This document shows, piece after piece, positions 16,955 to 25,802 of a stretch of DNA of 64,000 nt. The notes under the pieces are model-generated. The model saw only the letters and a list, made by a program, of their open reading frames with translations. It was not told where the DNA came from and ran no database searches. Numbering within the stretch: the stretch's first letter is position 1; every line of letters starts with the position of its first letter. Source of the DNA: an uncultured Nitrospina sp. (lineage in GTDB: Bacteria > Nitrospinota > Nitrospinia > Nitrospinales > VA-1); the NCBI GenBank assembly GCA_964344595.1, contig CAYFNV010000017.1, positions 3,660-67,659 of the forward strand. The letters run 5' to 3'. Position numbers and translations under genes: made by a program.

Positions 16955-17962
16955 ATGAAACCACTAAAGTTATTGTATCTGCTGATAGGAGTAGGTCTGT
17001 TTGGATTTGTGTTGAACCATACAGACCTTCCTTTGGTTTGGTCTCAGTTAAATAAAATAGGATGGGGCATTTTGGTGGTGTTGGCTGTTTATAAAATTGC
17101 TTTTATTGTGGATACTTTTGCATGGCAGATTACTTTACCCAGTACACAGCTCACTAAAAAATGGTTGTATAATCTTTGGAAGGTTCGCATGGTTGGAGCT
17201 GCTTTCGGTAAAATGTTGCCTTTAAGTGCTTTTGGAGGAGCACCCATAAAAGGCTTTGTTCTTAAACGCTATTATGGAATTCAATACAGAGAAGGAACAG
17301 CATCATTGATTCTGGCAGAATCCACTCATTTGATTTCCATGGTTTTGTTTATGGCTACGGGTGTTTTTCTTATTCTGCTTGATTCCAACCTTCCAGGAAG
17401 TTTCCATTTTTTCGCGGTCATTAGTTTAAGTGCTATCGCTATCGGGATTTTTTTGTTCTATCTTGTCCAACGCTACAAGATTACTTCGTTAACTGGTACG
17501 TGGCTTAGCCAGCGAAAGTTTGGGCAATGGTTGGAAAAATTCATCCATCATATCCACGATATGGATGAGAGGTTGGTTCAGTTTTATACTCGTGACAGAA
17601 GTCGTTTTCTTTCAGCGTCATTTTTGAATCTTATTAACTGGTTTTTAGGTGCACTGGAAATATTTGTCATTTTTTATTTTTTAGGCAACCCTATTACAAT
17701 TGTTGAGGCCATAACTCTGGAAACACTTGTTGAGTTGGTCAGGGCAGGAACATTTTTCATCCCTGCTACTTTGGGTAGTCAGGAGGCAGCCTTTATGGTT
17801 GCAACGGGAGCGATAGCCGGGCAGACAACGTTGGGTGTTGCCGCCTCTTTAATGAGGCGTGTTCGGGAAGTTGTTTGGTTGGCATGGGGTTTCATTATAG
17901 GTCTGGAATATTCACAAAAGCCTTTCGACCTTGCAGAAGCTGCACAGAAAGATTCAGATTAA
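16955..17962 (+). CDS. Flippase-like / LPG_synthase_TM (UPF0104, TIGR00374-like) integral membrane protein
   Basis: The ORF track starts at 16823 and overlaps the previous gene. The ATG at 16955 gives MKPLKLLYLLIGVGLFGFVL and sits directly after the upstream stop. The protein is polytopic, with FGGAPIKGFVLKRYYGI and a pattern typical of the family. Confidence 0.65.
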   Translation: MKPLKLLYLLIGVGLFGFVLNHTDLPLVWSQLNKIGWGILVVLAVYKIAFIVDTFAWQITLPSTQLTKKWLYNLWKVRMVGAAFGKMLPLSAFGGAPIKGFVLKRYYGIQYREGTASLILAESTHLISMVLFMATGVFLILLDSNLPGSFHFFAVISLSAIAIGIFLFYLVQRYKITSLTGTWLSQRKFGQWLEKFIHHIHDMDERLVQFYTRDRSRFLSASFLNLINWFLGALEIFVIFYFLGNPITIVEAITLETLVELVRAGTFFIPATLGSQEAAFMVATGAIAGQTTLGVAASLMRRVREVVWLAWGFIIGLEYSQKPFDLAEAAQKDSD

Positions 17963-18025
17963 GGTTTATGTATTTCAGGTTTTGCAAAGTAACGGATAGT
18001 TTGCCTAAACTAGGTAGTTGATGAT

Positions 18026-18742
18026 ATGAAATGCTTGATCATTATAGCTGGAAAGGGTAGCCGCTTAAAGTCTATGTCTGACAGTAAGCCCCTGACTTCT
18101 TTGTTAGAGGTTCCTCTTGTTGAACGAGTTATTCGTTCTGCATTAGAAGCCGGGGTGGATGGATTTTATGCGGTAGTTGGATATCGAGGTGAGCTGGTCC
18201 GATCTTTCCTTGAAGATTTAGCTGGCAAAATTAGTGTTCCCATAACTGTGATAGATAATACTGACTGGGAAAAGGCTAATGGGCTGTCAGTGCTCAAGGC
18301 GAAAGATTTTTTAAGTGAGCCTTTTTTACTATTAATGGGAGATCATCTTTTTGATCCTGGTATTGTCCGAAAAATGATTGATTATCCCTTGGATGGTGAT
18401 GAGCTTGTCCTTGCTGTCGATCACAATTTAAAAAACCCAATGGTTGATTTGGATGATGTGACTCGAGTTATGGAGAATAAAGGCCTGATTCAGAGTATAG
18501 GCAAAGGAATAGGTGAATACAACTGTTTTGATACTGGAATTTTCCTATGTACTCCAGCGTTATTTTCGGCGCTGGAGAAATCTGCGCGGGACTCTGGTGA
18601 TGACTCACTATCGGGGGGTGTCCAGGTTTTGGCTAAGGAAGAAAAAGTTTGCGTTATGCCGATAGACGGTCTGTTCTGGATTGATATAGATGACCCTGAA
18701 CGGTACAGGCAGGCTGAAAACTATTTGATTAATAATTCCTGA
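18026..18742 (+). CDS. Nucleotidyltransferase (NTP_transferase family), candidate inositol-1-phosphate cytidylyltransferase
   Basis: Intact N-terminal signature IIIAGKGSRLK (GxG[ST]R[LM]), LLMGDHLF, and C-terminal FWIDIDDPERY. It lies in a cluster with MIPS and CDP-alcohol transferases. The substrate assignment is inference. Confidence 0.75.
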   Translation: MKCLIIIAGKGSRLKSMSDSKPLTSLLEVPLVERVIRSALEAGVDGFYAVVGYRGELVRSFLEDLAGKISVPITVIDNTDWEKANGLSVLKAKDFLSEPFLLLMGDHLFDPGIVRKMIDYPLDGDELVLAVDHNLKNPMVDLDDVTRVMENKGLIQSIGKGIGEYNCFDTGIFLCTPALFSALEKSARDSGDDSLSGGVQVLAKEEKVCVMPIDGLFWIDIDDPERYRQAENYLINNS

Positions 18743-18749
18743 AAACATT

Positions 18750-20000
18750 TCAGGAACGTTCGGGGCATTTAACCGAATAAAGCTCCATAGAGCGTAAATA
18801 AATAAGATAGGTAGCGAAGATCGTTGCGCCAATTGCTGCGATAGAGATAAACATATGTACCAAATCGAAAACTGTTGTGAACATAAGAAAATGGATAAAA
18901 TCCCTATTGGCGAGTTTATCAACCAATGAGGGTTGTAACTTCGGAGAAGGTTGGTGATTGTTAGAGCTCTTTTTGACAATAGATGCTCCCAGAAGAAAAA
19001 ATGAGGTAAGGCTGGCAAATGCAGCCAATATTCCAATGTATATATACATTTGCTCGCCTGTCGCTTTGCTCATTCCCCACCCAATAGCACTAAACACTAA
19101 GAAGTGAACAATATTGTCGCAAAGAATATCGAGCTTGCCACCTAATTCGGACTCCATGAACTTCAGTCTGGCTATCTCTCCATCTACTCCGTCCACCCAG
19201 GTCGAAAAAACTAGCAAGATGCCACCGTATACATTTGCTTGGTAAGTTCCTTGAAAAAAGAAAAATGCCGAAGATAATCCCATCACAAAACTTAGTAGCG
19301 TAATTTGGTTCGGGCTGATAGGTGTATTTAAAAAAAAGCGGCTGAGTTTTCTGGAAACCGGGCGGGATAAAAGTCTGGTTATTGTGCTGTCATGGTTTTG
19401 GCCAGAGCCTTTAAGCAATTGCTCATGTAAAATATCGAAATCCTTATAGTCTGTTATACGGTGTTTTGTAGGCCCGGATATGTATAGAAAAGCATGTTGA
19501 TCTTCTATGGACTCCTCATATTTTTCTTTGTCATTCGTTTGAATTTTGTGAACCAATGATTCAAGGTGCTTTTCGTTGAGGTGTGAATTTTCAGGAATTT
19601 TTGTGTTGTCCGTATCAGTTTTATCTAATATGGAACTAACTTCTTTTTTATCATGAAGTGCTGAGCCATTAAAAATAAGAACCCGGTTTTTCAGGTTTCT
19701 TAAAGCTTCTTTTAGTTTTTCTGGATCAGAAATCCAATGAATATTTGAGGTGATGCGAAAATCTTCCTCGATAAGATTTGCTAATGGTTTAATATCATGG
19801 GTGTCCATGTATATGATGATGTCATGGAGCCCGCATCTCTGAAGAGTCAGAATGTTTCTTAAAAGGAATGGTACCCCTGCGATGGCCGATCCGTACCACT
19901 CTGTAGCTTTCCATGAATTTGGTGGGGAAGGTAAATAGAGGACTCCACATTTGTTTTGAGGGGAATCTTTGGGTAATAAACTGTTTGTGGTTTCGTTCAT
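18750..20000 (-). CDS. Fusion protein: degenerate nucleotidyltransferase-like N-domain + CDP-alcohol phosphotransferase C-domain (IPCT/DIPPS-like architecture)
   Basis: The C-terminal half has the exact motif DGEIARLKFMESELGGKLDILCD plus about 6 TM segments. The N-terminal ~190 aa has an NTP-transferase-like fold pattern (AIAGVPFLLRNILTLQRCGLHDIIIY) but lacks the GxGtRl loop (VLYLPSPPNSW instead). Confidence 0.75.
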   Translation of the reverse strand: MNETTNSLLPKDSPQNKCGVLYLPSPPNSWKATEWYGSAIAGVPFLLRNILTLQRCGLHDIIIYMDTHDIKPLANLIEEDFRITSNIHWISDPEKLKEALRNLKNRVLIFNGSALHDKKEVSSILDKTDTDNTKIPENSHLNEKHLESLVHKIQTNDKEKYEESIEDQHAFLYISGPTKHRITDYKDFDILHEQLLKGSGQNHDSTITRLLSRPVSRKLSRFFLNTPISPNQITLLSFVMGLSSAFFFFQGTYQANVYGGILLVFSTWVDGVDGEIARLKFMESELGGKLDILCDNIVHFLVFSAIGWGMSKATGEQMYIYIGILAAFASLTSFFLLGASIVKKSSNNHQPSPKLQPSLVDKLANRDFIHFLMFTTVFDLVHMFISIAAIGATIFATYLIYLRSMELYSVKCPERS

Positions 20001-20283
20001 CCGTCAGTGAGTGGATAGAGCCTTTTTAAAATTAGTATATTATAGTGTTCCTCTGATTTTAAGCTGTTTATTTTTATAGATTGTTTTAACAAGGTAGTCA
20101 GGCTTTTGTAAATACTCTAAATTGGAAAATAAAACTGTCCAATACGCTTGCAGGATGTTATTCTCACACAGAATTAAAAAATTTTCCACGATTGTACCTT
20201 ACTTCTTGCTATAACGGCTTTCCGACAGAACCTGTTTGCAACCACTAGAGTGCGATCTTAACAGATTAGGAGATAGACTTTAA

Positions 20284-21636
20284 ATGAATGAAGCTAGTGA
20301 TAACTATAGTGGTTTGGTGAAACAAATTGCACCGCCAAAAGGAAAGTTGGGTGTTTTATTGCCAGGGATGGGGGCGGTTAGTTCGACTCTTATAGCGGGA
20401 GTCTTTCTGGTTAATTCGGGGCATGCCAAACCCATCGGGTCAGTTACGCAAATGTCACGAATACGCCTGGGTAAAAGAGATAACCCGCGGTATCCTTTGA
20501 TTAAAGACTTTGTTCCCCTTGCAGACTTGGATGATATTGAATTTGGTGGATGGGATATTTATGACGATAACTGCTATCAGGCAGCACTGGCTTGTGGGGT
20601 GATTGAAAAGCAGGAGCTTGATCTGGTAAAGGAACAGCTTGAAGGGATAAAACCATGGGCAGCTGTGTTCGATCCCAATTTTGTGAGAAATCTTACCGGA
20701 ACAAATATAAAGAGTGCTCCCAATAAAATGGAGCTAGCCAAACTTTTGATGCAGGATGTTGAAACCTTCAAAAAGGAAAAAGGTTTGGATCGGTTGGTGA
20801 TGTGCTGGTGTGGTTCCACGGAAGCTTATCAGGATTGTATGGACCATGAAGCATTTCAAACATTGGAAGCGTTCGAATCGGCTTTGGAAAATGATCTTGA
20901 TCTGATTCCTCCTTCAATGATTTATGCTTATGCTGCTCTAAAAATGGGAATTCCCTTTGCCAACGGTTCTCCAAACCTTACTGTAGATGTTCCGGCACTG
21001 GTTGAGTTGTCCATCAAAAACAAAACACCTATAGGCGGCAAAGACTTTAAAACAGGTCAAACCCTGATGAAGACGATTGTTGCACCGGGTCTCAAGTCAA
21101 GAATGCTGGGGCTTGATGGGTGGTTTTCCAGTAACATACTGGGTAACCGCGATGGGGAAGTACTGGATGACCCTGATTCATTTCGATCTAAAGAAGTAAG
21201 CAAAGGATCGGTTTTGGAAAGTATCTTGCAGGATGATCTATATCCCGATCTTTATGGTGATTATTACCATAAAATCCGTATCGAATATTATCCACCAAGA
21301 GGGGATGCCAAGGAAGGATGGGATAATATAGATATCCAGGGGTGGTTGGGTCAAAAAATGCAATTGAAAATAAATTTCCTCTGCCGCGATTCAATTTTAG
21401 CTGCCCCTGTAGTTCTGGATCTAGTCTTATTTCTGGATTTGGCTCAGAGGGCTGGGATGAGAGGTGTCCAGGAATGGCTTTCGTTTTATTTTAAATCTCC
21501 TCAATGCAGACCGGATCTCAAGCCAGTGAACTCCTTGTTCGATCAGGATGAGAAGCTGCGTAATACGTTGCGAATCATTATGGGTGAGAAGGTGATTGAC
21601 CACTCAGGCTTGGATTATTACGAAAACAAAGGCTGA
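20284..21636 (+). CDS. ino1: myo-Inositol-1-phosphate (inositol-3-phosphate) synthase
   Basis: 450 aa. N-terminal Rossmann LGVLLPGMGAVSSTLIAG. FANGSPNLTVDVPAL corresponds to NGSPQNTFVPG, and SSNILGNRDG corresponds to SYNHLGNNDG. Also GGKDFKTGQTLMKT. Confidence 0.9.
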   Translation: MNEASDNYSGLVKQIAPPKGKLGVLLPGMGAVSSTLIAGVFLVNSGHAKPIGSVTQMSRIRLGKRDNPRYPLIKDFVPLADLDDIEFGGWDIYDDNCYQAALACGVIEKQELDLVKEQLEGIKPWAAVFDPNFVRNLTGTNIKSAPNKMELAKLLMQDVETFKKEKGLDRLVMCWCGSTEAYQDCMDHEAFQTLEAFESALENDLDLIPPSMIYAYAALKMGIPFANGSPNLTVDVPALVELSIKNKTPIGGKDFKTGQTLMKTIVAPGLKSRMLGLDGWFSSNILGNRDGEVLDDPDSFRSKEVSKGSVLESILQDDLYPDLYGDYYHKIRIEYYPPRGDAKEGWDNIDIQGWLGQKMQLKINFLCRDSILAAPVVLDLVLFLDLAQRAGMRGVQEWLSFYFKSPQCRPDLKPVNSLFDQDEKLRNTLRIIMGEKVIDHSGLDYYENKG

Positions 21637-21748
21637 GTTATTTTTATTATGGAAATGAACAGCGGCTTTCCTGGATTCAAAATCAACAGTTTTTCATCTT
21701 GGTTAGAGAACTAACCTTCCTTCAACAAGTTAGTGCTCTTTTTCAATA

Positions 21749-21779
21749 TAACTGCTATTTAGCAGTTATTGTTTTTTTT
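21749..21779 (+). terminator. Rho-independent terminator after the MIPS gene
   Basis: Stem TAACTGCT 21749-21756 / AGCAGTTA 21761-21768 with a 4-nt loop, followed by TTGTTTTTTTT. Confidence 0.6.
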
Positions 21780-21935
21780 GTACTTGCCTTTTTAATATTT
21801 CTCGCAGGAAATTTTTATCAAACTTGCTTTTAATTAAAGGTCCTTTTCTGTTTATTTTCACCAAATAGGTAGAGTAAATCTGAAGACCATTAGGGGGAAC
21901 CTTAATTAGCCATTGAAAAAGTTAGCTTTATTTGC

Positions 21936-21964
21936 TTGACATCAATTGCTGTTAGCATTATGGT
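21936..21964 (+). promoter_or_regulatory. Candidate sigma70-type promoter
   Basis: TTGACA (21936-21941), a 17-nt spacer, then TATGGT (21959-21964), about 100 nt upstream of the small ORF at 22069. Confidence 0.3.
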
Positions 21965-22068
21965 GAATGTTAGTTGCAGGGTAAATCTTATTTTTTGGTT
22001 TATCACATAGGAGAAAAGCTGCCAGAAAATAAGGCATCAAGGACTTTTTTTTGGAGGCAGGGCGCGTT

Positions 22069-22260
22069 ATGTTCTACGAGGTCAGGATTTTCGACGCCAA
22101 AGGAGAGCTGAAAAAAGTTTTATCCCCTAAAAAGTTAAGCAACCGATTTTGGAAGAATGGTGACCAGAATTTGATCGACTTTGGTGAAAAGGACACTTCA
22201 TCCTCAGATTGGGAGAACAAAAAAATTATCAAGGATGAGTATCAACTTGAAGACCGTTGA
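22069..22260 (+). CDS. Small hypothetical protein (63 aa)
   Basis: ATG at 22069, 8 nt after GGAGG (22053-22057). No family recognised. Confidence 0.4.
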   Translation: MFYEVRIFDAKGELKKVLSPKKLSNRFWKNGDQNLIDFGEKDTSSSDWENKKIIKDEYQLEDR

Positions 22261-22424
22261 TTAAAAATGTTTTAACGGATTATTTAAATTATTAATGGCA
22301 TGGGGCTAATGCTCTATGCCATTTTTTATGCCTTGAAAGAGAGCTTTCCTGTATTATTTTTATACTGTTTATCTCCTGTATTACTTCTGATATAGGTTTA
22401 ATCTGATTACTAAGAGTTGATTTT

Positions 22425-23585
22425 ATGTATATAACGTCCGCCGACCAGTTAAAGGATTTTTGTGAAAATATTAGATCTGCTGAAGTCCTGGCAGTAGATA
22501 CTGAATTTGTCAGGGAAAGGACTTATTTCCACCGTGTGGGGCTGATTCAGGTTGGTACCGGAAAACATTTTGCGGCCATTGACCCTATAATGCTTTCCGA
22601 TTTGACGCCATTATTGGAGTTGTTAAAAGATCCTGAAAAATTAAAAGTCTTTCATGCCGCAAGGCAGGACCTTGAAATTCTGGTGCGTCTATGTGGTCAG
22701 GTGATTCCCCCTATCTTCGATACTCAGATCGCCGCTTCTTTGGTGGGGTGGGGAGCCCAGATATCTTTTTCGAAAATAGTCCACAAAGCTTTGGGAAAAA
22801 AAATTCATAAATCAGAAACTTATACTGATTGGTGCCGTCGCCCTTTGAGCGATAATCAGATTGAATACGCTATAGATGATGTTCGATATTTAATGCCAGT
22901 TTATGACAAACTGGTGGGACGACTTAAGAAAATGGGTCGTTTGGACTGGGTAAGGGGAGAAGTTGAGAACTGGGAAGACCCCAGTACATTTGCTTTGCCG
23001 GATCCACAAAAAAGATTTATGAAAATTAAAAACCTGCGTAGCTTGAGACCCAGAAACTTGACTGTGCTTCAGGAACTTGCCGCATGGAGAGAAGTTGAAG
23101 CAGTCAAAAGAGATTGCTTGGCCAAGTCAATTATCAGGGATGAAACATTGCTGGAAATTGCCCGCAAAATCCCCAGGGATGAAAAAACACTATCCAGAAT
23201 TCGGGGCTTTTATCCTAAGGAACTTAATAAAAGTGGAGCATCCTTATTGTCTGCGATTGAAAAGGCTATGGCGGTACCAGAAGATGCCCTCGTTGCGCTT
23301 CCGGAAAAAAACGGGCACGCCACTACACGAGGGGTGGAAGAATTGCTTTCCGCGTATGTACAAATAAGGTCTGAAGAGTTGAAGATCGAACCAAGTGTTC
23401 TGGCAGATCGCAAACAGATTCACAGCTTTGTTGCCCACTATGAGCAAAATGAAGATTTGGAAAAACATTTCCTGTTTCAGGGATGGCGCAAAGAATTGAT
23501 CGGTGCCCCAATGTTTTCTTTGTTGAGCGGCAAGGTTGGGCTTAAGATTAATCCTTCTGGTCAGATCTGTTTGATAAATTCGTAA
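22425..23585 (+). CDS. rnd: Ribonuclease D
   Basis: DEDD 3'-5' exonuclease motifs (LAVDTEFVRERTY, HAARQDLE, YAIDDVRYL) followed by an HRDC-type region. Length is 386 aa. Confidence 0.9.
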   Translation: MYITSADQLKDFCENIRSAEVLAVDTEFVRERTYFHRVGLIQVGTGKHFAAIDPIMLSDLTPLLELLKDPEKLKVFHAARQDLEILVRLCGQVIPPIFDTQIAASLVGWGAQISFSKIVHKALGKKIHKSETYTDWCRRPLSDNQIEYAIDDVRYLMPVYDKLVGRLKKMGRLDWVRGEVENWEDPSTFALPDPQKRFMKIKNLRSLRPRNLTVLQELAAWREVEAVKRDCLAKSIIRDETLLEIARKIPRDEKTLSRIRGFYPKELNKSGASLLSAIEKAMAVPEDALVALPEKNGHATTRGVEELLSAYVQIRSEELKIEPSVLADRKQIHSFVAHYEQNEDLEKHFLFQGWRKELIGAPMFSLLSGKVGLKINPSGQICLINS

Positions 23586-23588
23586 TTC

Positions 23589-24197
23589 TCAGGGTGCTGT
23601 TAGCGCATTCTTCTTCCATATTTTATACCCATTTGATTGTCTCAAATTGCTGAGATCGGAGTCGCTATCAATTTGGCTGAATTGTTTGAAGCCTTTATCC
23701 ACCGCTTTTTTGAGAGCAGATAGACCCGGCACCAGTTCTTTTCTTAATGAATAATAGCAGGCTAAGTTGTAGTCGAACAAAGGTTCCTGAGGGAATTGGT
23801 GTTGTCCTGTATTTAGCGTTTCAAATGCTTTATCGAGCAGTTGAATTTTCATATATGCAGTGCTCAGGTTTATGAAAGCTTCCTTGAATTTGTTGTTATG
23901 GTGCAGGGCTTTTTCGTAACGAATGATAGCCTCTTTAAAATTCCCTTCCTTTGAAAATTTGTTTCCTTCGTTGTAATGGAAAATAGCCATACGTCGTAGC
24001 CTCTCTTCCTGTGAAAGGTTTTCACCTTTACTGCCTTCTTTGTGGCTACCTTCTTTGTGACTACCTTCATCCATGGTTTTTACCGAATCGGGTGAGGAGA
24101 TAAGCTTGCTTTGAGCTGGAACAAAATAATCTGTAGCGAGAAAAATGATGAATGCGGTGACTCCTAGATGAGGCAGATATTTAGTCATGGTTTTCAC
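23589..24197 (-). CDS. Secreted TPR-repeat protein
   Basis: N-terminal signal/anchor, a SHKEGSHKEGS repeat, and TPR units (AIFHYNEGNKFSKEGNFKEAIIRYEKALHHN...). The start overlaps the upstream gene's stop (ATGA-type junction at 24194-24197). Confidence 0.7.
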   Translation of the reverse strand: MKTMTKYLPHLGVTAFIIFLATDYFVPAQSKLISSPDSVKTMDEGSHKEGSHKEGSKGENLSQEERLRRMAIFHYNEGNKFSKEGNFKEAIIRYEKALHHNNKFKEAFINLSTAYMKIQLLDKAFETLNTGQHQFPQEPLFDYNLACYYSLRKELVPGLSALKKAVDKGFKQFSQIDSDSDLSNLRQSNGYKIWKKNALTAP

Positions 24198-25603
24198 AAC
24201 ACAGAAGAAAAGGCCTTTAATTCGTTCATCGACCCTAAAGAAGAAGCCTGTTCAATTTCAGTACCGTGTGAATAAAGGTTAAAGACACGTGTTTGGGGAT
24301 TCGCTTTTATGATTTGTTCTAAAGTGCGCAAATAACTGTACATGACCTGATCAGTGAGTAGAAAATTACTCTGGATACATTTTACAGGCAGCAGTTTTTT
24401 TTCTTGCGCTTTTTCCTGGTGCAGTTTTTTAAGTGGGGCAATTCTTGAAATTTTACTTTGTAGCTTCAGGTTGAACAGGGAGTGGTTGGAGTAATAACGA
24501 TTTCCAGAAAACGCACAATCCTGACCGACCAGGAAAACCGGATCACATCCAAAGTGAATTAACATATCGAGCCCAAGACAGGCTACTGAACCTCCTGCTT
24601 GGGTTGTGCCCTTTTCTTTCAAGGCAGGTTCGTTTTTTTGGGTAAGTCTATGTCCTTCTTTATAAACTATGTATTGTTCACCGTGAAAATTTTTCATCAC
24701 ATTATGGTTGGAAGTTGGAGTAAATACCAACTTGGTCTTTCCTGCGGGGTAATCTATAAAATGTGCTGTGCTGTCCAGTTGAGGGTCTAGTGAAAAAGTG
24801 TAATCAGGTTGAATATTATTTTTTACAAGAATTGGAAATGCGGTATCAACACAGGCAATCGTAAATTCTTTTTTTATACGGTGTAAGTGAGGGAGGGTAA
24901 GGTCAAGAGATGGACCAGCACTGACCAAAATGCCCGGTTTGCCAGTATGTATACCTTTTAAAACATTGATTCCGGGAGAATCCGATATGACTTTTTGGTT
25001 TAATGAATAATTTTCTTCTTCGAGGTTTCCGAACACAGCGGGAAACCTGCGCTCAAGCAGTAAGACTTCCAACGCATTGGTGAGAGCGGGAAAGTTTGAA
25101 GGGATGCATTTGAAAGAAGGTGTGTGAAACAAAACCTCCAAAGAGTCTGCATGGCCTTCTGTAATCCGAGCCATTTCAAAGGAAATTTCAAGAGAAACTT
25201 TTTTTTCATCAGTTCCATATATTAAATGAAAACGTTTATCTTTAAATATTCCTGTTTGATCTTTCCATTGCAAAGCTGCTTTAAGGATATCGAGATTCAG
25301 CTCGATAACTAATAGATAGCCATCAGGACCTATTTTATCCAGAATGGTACTCAGGTGGTATCCCATCCCAAAGCCATACAGGCAAACGCGGGATCCAGGT
25401 TTTAGCTTTTCGGCAAAACGATAGGCCTCTTTTTCAGGATCATAACCACTATGTAGCAGAATGTTTTCATATCGAAGAGTAGGCTGACCGGAAGATGTTG
25501 AAATGACTGAAACTTTATCAGACAGGGTTTCAGGAAGGCTTCCCGTTTGGGATGAGCAGAATTTCAAAAACTGGATATTTTTTTCGAAGAAATGGTTGTC
25601 CAA
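24194..25603 (-). CDS. Motility-associated-factor (Maf)-like glycosyltransferase family protein, DUF115/MptE-like
   Basis: N-terminus FEKNIQFLK...SGQPTLRYENILLHSGYDPEKEAYRFAEKL. Central VSAGPSLD and ACVDTAFPILVKNNIQPDY are typical of Maf/DUF115 proteins. Confidence 0.7.
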   Translation of the reverse strand: MDNHFFEKNIQFLKFCSSQTGSLPETLSDKVSVISTSSGQPTLRYENILLHSGYDPEKEAYRFAEKLKPGSRVCLYGFGMGYHLSTILDKIGPDGYLLVIELNLDILKAALQWKDQTGIFKDKRFHLIYGTDEKKVSLEISFEMARITEGHADSLEVLFHTPSFKCIPSNFPALTNALEVLLLERRFPAVFGNLEEENYSLNQKVISDSPGINVLKGIHTGKPGILVSAGPSLDLTLPHLHRIKKEFTIACVDTAFPILVKNNIQPDYTFSLDPQLDSTAHFIDYPAGKTKLVFTPTSNHNVMKNFHGEQYIVYKEGHRLTQKNEPALKEKGTTQAGGSVACLGLDMLIHFGCDPVFLVGQDCAFSGNRYYSNHSLFNLKLQSKISRIAPLKKLHQEKAQEKKLLPVKCIQSNFLLTDQVMYSYLRTLEQIIKANPQTRVFNLYSHGTEIEQASSLGSMNELKAFSSVL

Positions 25604-25802
25604 CAGTGCGTCTCCGTATTACATCCTACTCATCATATCACCAATTGACTTGCAATCGTTTCTGAATTGCTTTAAAAAATGGTCAGGTCTTCCGTATTGA
25701 ACTCCGCCTCAAGTAAATGGAGCATGCTTAAACAGGTTTGTTCAAAGCAACCTGAGTCATCATTGTGAGCCAAGCGCATTTTTAGGCGGCTGAAGGATTT
25801 TC

